DNA of 38,846 nt from an uncultured Gammaproteobacteria bacterium (lineage in GTDB: Bacteria; Patescibacteriota; Microgenomatia; Levybacterales; UBA12049), in NCBI GenBank assembly GCA_964457405.1, contig CAYWEP010000003.1, positions 3,036 through 41,881 on the forward strand, written 5' to 3'. How positions within the stretch are numbered: position 1 is the first letter of the stretch; every line of letters begins with the position of its first letter. Of this stretch, positions 1 to 8,430 are shown one piece after another. The notes below the pieces were generated by a model. It was not told the DNA's origin. It did not search any database and saw only the letters and a list, made by a program, of their open reading frames with translations. Made by a program: the position numbers and the translations under genes.

Positions 1-180
1 ATTTGCCCAAAACCGTTTGCTATTTCCATTAGCATTTATAAGTACATCAAATGTTGAACCTTTGTATGAATTGTAGTTTTGTTTCGTAATTTCTAACACT
101 AAAGATTCTTGTTGAAGGTATTTGACTAAATCAGTCCCTAATAATCCGTTTGCACCGATAATTGCAAGTTTTTTTTTCAT
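1..180 (-). CDS. N-terminal part of an NAD-dependent epimerase/reductase (extended SDR, RmlD-like), runs off the left edge
   Basis: Not in the ORF track. Manual translation from ATG at 180 gives MKKKLAIIGANGLLGTDLVKYL...FDVLINANGNSKRFWAN, with a GxxGxxG Rossmann motif and no stop before the edge. Confidence 0.8.
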   Translation of the reverse strand, partial: MKKKLAIIGANGLLGTDLVKYLQQESLVLEITKQNYNSYKGSTFDVLINANGNSKRFWAN

Positions 181-198
181 CAGTAGTTGAGTGACATT

Positions 199-1230
199 CT
201 ACCGTGAAAGAAGTTGTTTCGCAAGTTTTTTTTGAACCTCATCTCTATTTTTAGTTTTGAAATACCAATCAATTGTTGTATGTAAACCATCAATAAATCT
301 AACTTTTGGTTCCCACCCAAGAAGTTTTTTTGCCAGCAAGTTACTGGCCACTCTATTTCTTGGACCAGTGGGCATGTCAGGTAATAACTTGATTTTTGCT
401 TTATGTCTTGTATATCTTAGTATCTCAGCAACCGCATCTAAAATTTTAATTCTTTCCATGGTTCCTAAATTCACAGCTGTACCATTGTCAAGTTTTTCAG
501 CTGCTAAAATTACCCCATCTACAATGTCTGTTACATATGTCCAATTTCTTATTTGTGTACCGTCTCCCCAAACTTCAAAGGGGTTTTGCCGAGTGAACGC
601 TCTTGCAATCATTGCAATAACCGCATGATCCTCTTTTCCTCTCGGACCATAGACTGTAAAAAATCTACATGAAGCAGTTTTGAGACCATACTCATCATGA
701 TAGGCGCGGAGCACCTTTTCTCCCATAAGTTTTGCATACCCATAAATATTATCGGAATCATAGGGAGGACCCACCAAATCTTCTGTCAAGAATATTTTTT
801 TCATAGGATTTTTTTGCAAATAACTAGGGTAGACACAACCAGAAGAGGCAAAAACAACCTTTTCTACTCCCTCTTTTAAAGCCTCCCAAAAAACTAAACC
901 ATCCATCATAAGATTTGTTGCCGGACCTGCCTGATGAAGATCAATATATCCTCTTCCCCCATGATCTCCAGCAAAATGGATAACAATATCCACTCCTTTT
1001 ACAGCCTCCCGTGCAACACCAGGCTCTCTTAAATCTGCAGTCTTAAATTCTATTTGTTTTTTTTGTAAGTGAGATTTTATATTTTCTTTTTTCCCAGATG
1101 AAAGATCATCTACCACTCTCACAGAACTTCCTAACTCAAAAAGTCTATTTACTAAATGAGAGCCAATAAATGAGGCTCCTCCCGTAACTAAAACCTTTTT
1201 GTTCTTCCAATTAAATTTACGTTTTGCCAT
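199..1230 (-). CDS. NAD-dependent nucleotide-sugar epimerase (GDP-mannose 3,5-epimerase-like / UDP-glucose 4-epimerase-like SDR)
   Basis: VLVTGGASFIG Rossmann motif, ASSGCVYP, catalytic YGYAK, RFFTVYGP, VWGDGTQIRNWTYV. Start moved from the track's TTG at 1254 to ATG at 1230 (MAKRKF) because a promoter-like site occupies 1245-1273. Confidence 0.85.
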   Translation of the reverse strand: MAKRKFNWKNKKVLVTGGASFIGSHLVNRLFELGSSVRVVDDLSSGKKENIKSHLQKKQIEFKTADLREPGVAREAVKGVDIVIHFAGDHGGRGYIDLHQAGPATNLMMDGLVFWEALKEGVEKVVFASSGCVYPSYLQKNPMKKIFLTEDLVGPPYDSDNIYGYAKLMGEKVLRAYHDEYGLKTASCRFFTVYGPRGKEDHAVIAMIARAFTRQNPFEVWGDGTQIRNWTYVTDIVDGVILAAEKLDNGTAVNLGTMERIKILDAVAEILRYTRHKAKIKLLPDMPTGPRNRVASNLLAKKLLGWEPKVRFIDGLHTTIDWYFKTKNRDEVQKKLAKQLLSR

Positions 1231-1244
1231 TCTTAATAGTAAAG

Positions 1245-1297
1245 ATTGTATCAATAATAACTTAACTTGTAAATTTGTTATAATTGTATGCTACAAT
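1245..1297. promoter_or_regulatory. Divergent sigma70-type promoter region
   Basis: Minus strand: TTTACA (1273-1268), N17, TACAAT (1250-1245) with an extended TG. Plus strand: two extended -10 elements, TGtTATAAT (1276-1284) and TGcTACAAT (1289-1297), upstream of ATG 1317. Confidence 0.55.
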
Positions 1298-1316
1298 GAG
1301 ATGAATTTTTTAGACT

Positions 1317-2273
1317 ATGAAAGTTGTTAAAAGAGTAACTGGTTATAAACAAGATCCTACTAGGTACCTTGATTTTGAAAGATTTCAGAAAGAATGTGGC
1401 AACTTTGTTTTAATAGAGGCGGCATTTGAAGAATCATCTCAGTGGAATGAATATAATTTTACGAAAGAAGAATTTAATAATATACAAAAACAAAAAATTG
1501 TCCGATTAGATTTTGCCCAACCCACCCTCTTTTTTGTTGGTGATAATCCTGATCATTATGATCATCAATTCTATAAAGTCTTTACCATATGCCCATATAC
1601 TGCCAAATGGCTTAATAACAAACACGATAACAAAAAATATGTTCCGATTTTTTTTCCGTACAACGAAAAATTAATTCCCAAAAGGCAAAAAAAGAAGTAT
1701 GATATCATATACGCTGGCCACATCCTCGCACCGGCAATACGTGAGTATGTTAACGTAATAAGTAAATTTAATTATCGTCTCATTTCTAATTCCAAAAATC
1801 CTCTGGTAACTAATCACGGTGCTTCGTACACAGAAAAAATGAACCTTATTGCTCAATCAAAAATAACTTTAGTTGCTAACGTACTTTATATAAGATACTA
1901 CCAACTTTTCTATATTTGGAAGATACAAAACTACAAAAATAATGAAGCGTTTAAACTCGTTCCTAAATGGTATCAAATTAACAAATGGCTGAACAAGGAG
2001 ATTTTAGTTCCACAATTGAAATCAAGACTCTTTGAAGCAGCATTCGGAAGATCTTTGATTCTTTGCAGAAGAGACCCTTTTAATATTGTAGAAAAGTATT
2101 TTGAACCAAGTAAGGAATTTGTTTATTTTGAACAGGATAAGTTAGTAGAAACTATTCAGCGTATTCTCGCGAACTTTAAATCATACGAAAAGGTTATTGA
2201 TAGAGCCCATAAAAAAGCGATGAATAACTACACCACTAAAAAATTTGTTGAAAACTATTTAAAGAAAATATAG
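1317..2273 (+). CDS. Putative GT-B glycosyltransferase (CgeB/Glyco_trans_1_2-like C-terminal domain)
   Basis: YDIIYAG, IAQSKITL, KSRLFEAAFGRSLIL, YFEPSKEFVYF and the C-terminal NYT helix are typical of CgeB/YkvP-like GTs. Confidence 0.65.
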   Translation: MKVVKRVTGYKQDPTRYLDFERFQKECGNFVLIEAAFEESSQWNEYNFTKEEFNNIQKQKIVRLDFAQPTLFFVGDNPDHYDHQFYKVFTICPYTAKWLNNKHDNKKYVPIFFPYNEKLIPKRQKKKYDIIYAGHILAPAIREYVNVISKFNYRLISNSKNPLVTNHGASYTEKMNLIAQSKITLVANVLYIRYYQLFYIWKIQNYKNNEAFKLVPKWYQINKWLNKEILVPQLKSRLFEAAFGRSLILCRRDPFNIVEKYFEPSKEFVYFEQDKLVETIQRILANFKSYEKVIDRAHKKAMNNYTTKKFVENYLKKI

Positions 2274-2275
2274 CT

Positions 2276-3250
2276 TTGAAAAAGTTTATAGTAATCACAA
2301 CCATCTTTTCACCGACTGAAGCTGTAAAAAAATTTGCAAAGCATAAGGATTGGCAATTAATTGTTGTAGGAGACAGAAAGACACCTCATGGCTGGAAATT
2401 AAACAGTGCAACTTATTTATCTCCCAATCAACAGATGCGTCTTTTTCCAAAGCTGGCAAAAGATTTGCCCTGGGACTCGTACAGCAGAAAAAACATTGGC
2501 TATCTTTATGCCATAAGAGAAGGCGCAGATATCATTGTTGATACTGATGATGACAACATTCCTTATGACGACTGGGGTAAAAATGTTACTTTTGAAGGTG
2601 AATTTAAAACTATAGTAAGTAACGGATTTGTAAATGTTTATAAATATTTTACAGATGAATTTGTTTGGCCAAGAGGGTACCCACTGAACAAATTGCTTGA
2701 AAAGAAAAAAGTGAGAATTGAGATAAAAAAACAAAAGATAGGAATTTGGCAGTTTCTAGCAGATGAAGAACCCGATGTGGACGCGATCTACAGATTGACT
2801 ATAAATAAGAAGATTAGTTTTGCAAAAAACTCCCCCCTAGTTCTAGGAGAAAATGTTATTTGTCCAATCAATACTCAAAATACTTTTTTTACAAAAGAAC
2901 TTTTTCCTTTGTTATTTCTTCCACCATTTGTAAGCATTCGGTTTGTTGATATCCTAAAAGGATTTGTTGCTCAACCACTTATGTGGCAATTAGGATATCA
3001 TGCCGGGTTTGGCCCGGCTAGTGTTATGCAGAAACGCAACCCACATGACTATATGAAGGATTTTGAATTAGAAGTACCAATGTATGTTGATACAGAAAAA
3101 ACAGTTTTTACTACAATAAAGGCAATAAATCCAAAACAAACGTTAACTCAAAATTTATTAAATGTTTATCACCGCTTAAGCATTGAGAAGATTGTCTCAA
3201 AAAAAACAGTAGTTGCACTCAAAACATGGTTAAAAGAAATTAATTACTGA
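2276..3250 (+). CDS. STELLO-like (DUF288) GT-A glycosyltransferase, GT75-related
   Basis: IVITTI, LIVVGDRKTP, SYSRKNIGYLYAI, DTDDDN, WPRGYPL, PDVDAIYRL, PINTQNT and QKRNPHDYMKDFELE match the STELLO/DUF288 pattern. TTG start 2 nt after the upstream stop. Confidence 0.85.
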   Translation: MKKFIVITTIFSPTEAVKKFAKHKDWQLIVVGDRKTPHGWKLNSATYLSPNQQMRLFPKLAKDLPWDSYSRKNIGYLYAIREGADIIVDTDDDNIPYDDWGKNVTFEGEFKTIVSNGFVNVYKYFTDEFVWPRGYPLNKLLEKKKVRIEIKKQKIGIWQFLADEEPDVDAIYRLTINKKISFAKNSPLVLGENVICPINTQNTFFTKELFPLLFLPPFVSIRFVDILKGFVAQPLMWQLGYHAGFGPASVMQKRNPHDYMKDFELEVPMYVDTEKTVFTTIKAINPKQTLTQNLLNVYHRLSIEKIVSKKTVVALKTWLKEINY

Positions 3251-3261
3251 CAAGATTAATT

Positions 3262-4110
3262 TTACAGCAAGTTTTGTCTGTCAATTGAAGAATAGATATA
3301 TTTATTATAAAGCTTGTGGTCAAAGATATGCATGACAAAAACCATATCACTCCACGCTGATTTAACTGCTCTTTTATGAAACAAACCATTTATTTTGCAA
3401 ATTTTGCGCTTTTTAAATTTTTTATTCGAAGAAAAACTTTGTTTATTGAATTCGGAAATTGCCAGTAACTCTCCTCCATACTCGGAATGTATTTCTTCAT
3501 CAGTACCAATGACATCGTCAAAATAGCAAAAAATTCTTGGGAGCAATTTTGACTTCTCAGCTTCAAAAAGCAGAAATGCATCTTTTGTAGAAGTATAAAA
3601 ATCAAGATCAAAAGCAATAAACCCAATAGGGGCAATTTTCTTTTTTATAAATCTAGGAATTGTTGAAGAAACATCTCCTATTATTAATTGTGTTGAATTT
3701 TTAATCTTTTTACGAAGAGTTGGCGCATCCATTTTATAAAAACCTTTTTCCCAAATATATGGTAAATCTCTGTAGTCCAATGGAGCTGGTAAACCCGAAC
3801 CCATATCAAAGCCGTAGACATCAATTTCTACTCCAGTGATTCTGGAGATTTGTTCTGCATGTTTCTCAAGGTTAATTAAGCCATGTCCACCTGCAACTCC
3901 AAACTCCATAGTTGAAATTCTTCTTATCCCCAATTTTTTTGCCTCATTTGCTGCTTGCAGCAAGCAATACCCATAATATGTCCTATCTAAACCATCAATA
4001 TGTAACCTTAAAAGATAGAAGAAGGGAAAGGGAAATTTCCTGAGTAAATAAATGATTAAAAAAATAGGATTAGTAATACCGATAAGTATTTCCCTTGATG
4101 TAAAAGCCAT
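3262..4110 (-). CDS. TylF/MycF/NovP-like SAM-dependent O-methyltransferase-fold protein
   Basis: MEFGVAGG (motif I), VYGFDMGSGLP, FIAFDLDFYTST and YFDD resemble TylF-family motifs. Confidence 0.6.
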   Translation of the reverse strand: MAFTSREILIGITNPIFLIIYLLRKFPFPFFYLLRLHIDGLDRTYYGYCLLQAANEAKKLGIRRISTMEFGVAGGHGLINLEKHAEQISRITGVEIDVYGFDMGSGLPAPLDYRDLPYIWEKGFYKMDAPTLRKKIKNSTQLIIGDVSSTIPRFIKKKIAPIGFIAFDLDFYTSTKDAFLLFEAEKSKLLPRIFCYFDDVIGTDEEIHSEYGGELLAISEFNKQSFSSNKKFKKRKICKINGLFHKRAVKSAWSDMVFVMHIFDHKLYNKYIYSSIDRQNLL

Positions 4111-4183
4111 AAAATTACGACTGCATATTATAAATGAAATATATTAAATAGAATGCACTCACAGATAATATTTGCATGCTCAA

Positions 4184-5536
4184 TCATTCCTTATTTATAG
4201 TTTTTTTAAACTGTTCCACTATTTTACTTTTTTGGAAAACCTTGTTTTTTATCAGGTTGTTTCTTTCTAATGGGTCTTTCGATAAAAGATAATATTCTTC
4301 TATTTCTCCATCTTCCTCTACTATGTATTTTTCTTTCGGAGTAGTAAAACTCCAAAGATTTTTATAACCACGAATTTCTGTTTCGTTGTCCAAAATACCC
4401 AGGTGTACATTAGGACTTAAGCACTTGTAGAGGATACGAGAAAGACTATTAATTGGCGAGAAAATCCTATCAGATATTAAATTATTTCCTTCAAATTGTG
4501 ACACTTTTATTCCTGCAATGGAGGAAATTGTTTTCGCAATACTTACCAATGATACTGCTTGAGTTACGATCTTTGATTTTGCTGAAGGTAGATTAATGAT
4601 AAGAGGTATATGGATTAATTCATTATACAAAGATAGCGCCCCATGCCCAACCACACCATGCTCCATGAATGCCTCACCGTGATCCGATGCCACTATGAAT
4701 ACAGTATTGGGGTACTTGTATTTTAAGAAATTTATGATTTTTCCGATATATTCATCAGTATTCTTTACAGAACTTCTATAGGCCTCGCGAAAAATTTCAG
4801 TTATTTTTTTATTTTTAGTTTTCATTATTCTTAAGCTTGTAGTAAGTTCTTTATAAAATATGACTTTATTTATAATTCTTTGAATAGGATTTTTATTCTG
4901 GAAAAAATGTCTGTTCAATCCACCAAAGTAAGGAAGATGGTTATCCATATAATGAAGCCATAAGAAAAATGGTTTCTTGTCTTTATTGTTAAAAAAATTA
5001 ATTACCTTTTTATTGAGTTTATGACCAGGTACTGAATGCTCGGGAGATAGAAAAATAGCTTTTATGAAGGTACGAATAATTTCTAGCACGCTGAGTAAAT
5101 TTTCGGGAGTTTTTTCTCGAAGTTTCATTAAAAACTCTTGTGAAGAAAGATACACTTTGCTTACATTTTCATACCCGTCATCATATGTATCAAACCCTCT
5201 CTCATAGCCATAAATGGAATATAATGCAGGACTGTCTGCAAGAAATGCAGTTGTACTGTAACCATTGTCTCGTAATATCTCCGCCAGGGTTTTTATTTCT
5301 TTATTGTTAGGAATACCGAGGTAATTTCCATAAGTAAAAGGAAGGGTACCCGTCATTATCGAACAATAACAAAAGAATGTGGGATTAGCTGGAGAAATTG
5401 CATTAGTAAACACATATGAATCTTGAGCAAAAGAATCTAAAAAGGGTGTATTTTTTTCATTCTTGTTATAATAACCTACAAAATCTGCTCGCAGAGAGTC
5501 AATAGTAACAAGAACAATATTTGGCTTTTCTTTCAT
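4184..5536 (-). CDS. Sulfatase/alkaline-phosphatase-superfamily protein with a non-canonical (Thr) nucleophile motif
   Basis: PNIVLVTIDSLRAD, SIMTG, TLAEILRDNGYST, KPFFLWLHYMDNHLPY, SDHGE, LYNELIHIPLII, DPLERNNL. Start set at ATG 5536 (MKEKPNIV); the track's extension to 5767 overlaps the divergent gene. Confidence 0.85.
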   Translation of the reverse strand: MKEKPNIVLVTIDSLRADFVGYYNKNEKNTPFLDSFAQDSYVFTNAISPANPTFFCYCSIMTGTLPFTYGNYLGIPNNKEIKTLAEILRDNGYSTTAFLADSPALYSIYGYERGFDTYDDGYENVSKVYLSSQEFLMKLREKTPENLLSVLEIIRTFIKAIFLSPEHSVPGHKLNKKVINFFNNKDKKPFFLWLHYMDNHLPYFGGLNRHFFQNKNPIQRIINKVIFYKELTTSLRIMKTKNKKITEIFREAYRSSVKNTDEYIGKIINFLKYKYPNTVFIVASDHGEAFMEHGVVGHGALSLYNELIHIPLIINLPSAKSKIVTQAVSLVSIAKTISSIAGIKVSQFEGNNLISDRIFSPINSLSRILYKCLSPNVHLGILDNETEIRGYKNLWSFTTPKEKYIVEEDGEIEEYYLLSKDPLERNNLIKNKVFQKSKIVEQFKKTINKE

Positions 5537-5577
5537 AAATGTTTCGTTTCTGCTTATTATTGCACAAAAAGAAAAAA

Positions 5578-5606
5578 TTGACCATAGGAGGAATTTAGTG
5601 TATGAT
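5578..5606 (+). promoter_or_regulatory. sigma70-type promoter for the 5618 gene
   Basis: TTGACC (5578-5583), N17, TATGAT (5601-5606), 11 nt before ATG 5618. Confidence 0.55.
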
Positions 5607-5617
5607 TTACCCATATT

Positions 5618-6319
5618 ATGAAAACAAAAACTGAACAAAAAAAATATATCTCTCTTGAGGGCAAAGTTACTCATAGTAAAAAAATCCTTCGAAAAGCATA
5701 CGAGAAACATGGCGATCAAATGGCAATTTTCTGGACGGGGGGTAAAGATTCCACAGTGCTCCTTCATATGGTAAGGGAAGTATTTGGATCAGACAGAAAA
5801 TTTCCAATACTCTATCTTGATACACAACTCGATTTTAAAGAAGTTTACGATTTTATTGAAAGATTGAAGAAGGAGTGGAATCTTAAGCTCATTACAATAA
5901 AAACAACAGATGAACATATGAAAAAATATGAATCGCTTAAGACAAAGAAAGAACGAGTAGAACTTGCTAGTATTTTTAAAATTATTCTATTAAAAGAAGC
6001 GGTAAAAAAGTATAATTTACCGGCACTTGTGATCGGGATTCGATGGGATGAGCATTCTGAGCGAATTGCGGAAAAATATTTTTCCCCGAGAGATGATCAC
6101 ATGCGAATACATCCGCTACTCCATTTCACAGAAAAAGATATTTGGAAGTATATAAAAGAAAACAAAGTGCCCTATATTTCCTTGTACGATAAAGGCTATA
6201 GATCTCTTGGTGAAAAAGAATTTACTAACCCAGCGACACCTGATGGTGGAGAAAGATCGGGAAGACAAAAAGAGAGAGAAGTTATAATGAAGAGACTAAG
6301 AGACTTGGGTTATTTTTAA
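5618..6319 (+). CDS. PAPS-reductase/CysD-family PP-loop protein, cysteine-free (probable adenylyltransferase such as CysD-like ATP sulfurylase)
   Basis: WTGGKDS PP-loop, LDT, GIRWDEHSER, RIHPLLHFTEKDIW, GYRSLG, ERSGR, C-terminal LRDLGYF. The protein has no Cys. Confidence 0.8.
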   Translation: MKTKTEQKKYISLEGKVTHSKKILRKAYEKHGDQMAIFWTGGKDSTVLLHMVREVFGSDRKFPILYLDTQLDFKEVYDFIERLKKEWNLKLITIKTTDEHMKKYESLKTKKERVELASIFKIILLKEAVKKYNLPALVIGIRWDEHSERIAEKYFSPRDDHMRIHPLLHFTEKDIWKYIKENKVPYISLYDKGYRSLGEKEFTNPATPDGGERSGRQKEREVIMKRLRDLGYF

Positions 6320-6333
6320 TAATCTCCTTATGT

Positions 6334-7218
6334 ATGAACGATAAACCTCAGTATGTTTTTCTGTTTGACGTTAACCACACCCTCATTAATACAGCGCTTT
6401 ATCACACAAAAGCACTCCTAGAAATAGAGAAGAATCTTTCAAAATATATTGATTTAACTGCTGCGCGATATATTACTAGACGTTTTGATGAAATTTTTCT
6501 TCTTATGGTTGCGGGATTTTTATTTAGAACTGTGGATGAATGGAAAAAAATTCCTGGAAGAAGAAAATCTTACGAAAGGCTTGTTGATCTCATTACAGAA
6601 CATCAAGTAAAAGTAAAAGGAGAATGGGGATTTATTAAAAAATGGAGCAGAGAAGTGTTCCTCAAGATTGCTGCTGATGAGATAAAAGCTATTCTATCAC
6701 CAGAGGTTATTCAAAATACGGCAACGATATATTGGGATACTATTACCAATCTTACTGAACCATTTGATGAGGCAAAAAAATTGCATGATTATTTAACGGA
6801 CAAAGGATACCATATATATCTACTTACAAGCAGCGATGGGAGATTACAAATTAAAAAAGGGTTTTTTACCTATGATCCTTTATTCTCAGGGACTTATAAA
6901 AAAAATAGAATGATTACACTCAAAAAAAAGGGACTTCATTTTAGAGATGTTATAGTTGGTGATCCACATGATAAACCTTTTCCCGATTATTACAAACGTG
7001 CGATTGAGATTGTAAGTAACGACTTAAAGAAAGAAATACAAAATAAAAATCTCATAATTGTCGGCAATTCTTTGGAAGATGATTTAGAAACTCCTAATAT
7101 TCTCCTTGGATTTGGTACTGGATTCCTTTTTAAAAAAGGAACATCATCTAAAAGAATTCATGAAAACATATTTGAAATTGGAAACCTTATGGAAGTCGTA
7201 TCAATAATGAAAATATAG
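6334..7218 (+). CDS. HAD-superfamily hydrolase, divergent
   Basis: Motif I FLFDVNHTL, motif II LLTSSD, motif III DKP, motif IV IVGNSLEDDL. Confidence 0.65.
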   Translation: MNDKPQYVFLFDVNHTLINTALYHTKALLEIEKNLSKYIDLTAARYITRRFDEIFLLMVAGFLFRTVDEWKKIPGRRKSYERLVDLITEHQVKVKGEWGFIKKWSREVFLKIAADEIKAILSPEVIQNTATIYWDTITNLTEPFDEAKKLHDYLTDKGYHIYLLTSSDGRLQIKKGFFTYDPLFSGTYKKNRMITLKKKGLHFRDVIVGDPHDKPFPDYYKRAIEIVSNDLKKEIQNKNLIIVGNSLEDDLETPNILLGFGTGFLFKKGTSSKRIHENIFEIGNLMEVVSIMKI

Positions 7219-7248
7219 TCCGCTATATTATCTAAGTTATAACACAAA

Positions 7249-8430
7249 GTGAACCTCAATAAAAAAATTAATGTAGCAATGATATCTCATTTCGCTTTTA
7301 AGGATATGGGAGAAGGCGCAGTATTTCCACAAAACATTCGGAATTTTCTTTTAAAAAAAATAGGAAAACTAACGTATATTGATCACCCTTTTCCTTTGTC
7401 TAATTTTCCTGCCTCTCAGATTACAATATACCAAAATGGAGTAAAAACTTATCAATTAACTTCTCTAAAGCTAGAGATGCCTACATTAATTTTGTTTACC
7501 TATCAATTTTTTTTAACAATTTTTTTTCTCATTAGGAAACCAATTATATACGACCTCTCTATCGCATGTGATAATCTATCCATAATCTCTGTTTATATAC
7601 TAAGAAAAATAGGCTTTATAAAAACTCTTGTTTATTATACCGTAGACTATTCGCCAAAAAGATACAGTAATATTTTCCTCAACTATTTATATCAACGCAT
7701 GGATAGACTCGCATGTATGATTTCTGATATGAATTGGGTCACCGTTGAAGACATGATAACTGCAAAAGTACAAAATGGACTCGATCGAAAAAAATGCGCT
7801 CCTTTTGCAGTCGTGCCAATTGGTTTTAATAAAGAAGAGATTGTTAATAAACCTACAAATAATGCAGGTAGATTTAATTTATTCTTCGTAGGAGTTTTGT
7901 ATGAGAAACAAGGATTACAATTAGTTATTAACGCTATGCCAGAGATAATAAGAATGTTTCCTCATGTTAAACTCATAATAGTAGGATCTGGCCCATTTGA
8001 AAAGCAGATTAAACAATTAGTCGAGCGTTTGGAACTTAAATCTTATGTTACATTTACTGGTTACATCAATGACCACAAAAAGATAGTATCAATTCTAACC
8101 AAAAACGGCGGAATAGGTTTAGCAACATACAATCCTACCATTGGAGATTTTACCTATTATGCTGATCCGAGTAAAATTAAGCTGTATCTTCTTTGTGGTC
8201 TGCCCATCATAACTACCAAAGTACCACCAATTGCCAAAGTTATAGAGAAAAAAAAAGCGGGACTTATCATTAATTATTCGGAAAAGGATCTAATACATGC
8301 TTTAGAGTCTTTACTTCAAGAAGAAAAAACATATTATTTATATAGAAATAATGCTTTGAAAATAGCAGAAGGTTATGATGATAACCTCATTTTAGAAAAA
8401 GCATTTAATAAACTTCCTAGTAATTTCTAA
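7249..8430 (+). CDS. GT4-like (GT-B) glycosyltransferase
   Basis: FFVGVLYEKQG, IIVGSGP, VTFTGY, ADPSKIKLYLLCGLPIITT. GTG start. Confidence 0.85.
   Translation: MNLNKKINVAMISHFAFKDMGEGAVFPQNIRNFLLKKIGKLTYIDHPFPLSNFPASQITIYQNGVKTYQLTSLKLEMPTLILFTYQFFLTIFFLIRKPIIYDLSIACDNLSIISVYILRKIGFIKTLVYYTVDYSPKRYSNIFLNYLYQRMDRLACMISDMNWVTVEDMITAKVQNGLDRKKCAPFAVVPIGFNKEEIVNKPTNNAGRFNLFFVGVLYEKQGLQLVINAMPEIIRMFPHVKLIIVGSGPFEKQIKQLVERLELKSYVTFTGYINDHKKIVSILTKNGGIGLATYNPTIGDFTYYADPSKIKLYLLCGLPIITTKVPPIAKVIEKKKAGLIINYSEKDLIHALESLLQEEKTYYLYRNNALKIAEGYDDNLILEKAFNKLPSNF

Noticed and set aside
5537-5767. 77-aa N-terminal extension of the sulfatase-fold ORF in the track, which could pass for a membrane anchor
   Set aside because: It overlaps the divergent gene at 5618 and its promoter; the family domain begins at MKEKPNIV (5536).
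5618-6319. DndC/SspD-type phosphorothioation or other defence role for the PAPS-reductase-fold protein
   Set aside because: It is short, has no Cys for an Fe-S cluster, and no cysteine desulfurase, ATPase or nuclease lies nearby; the context is glycan synthesis.
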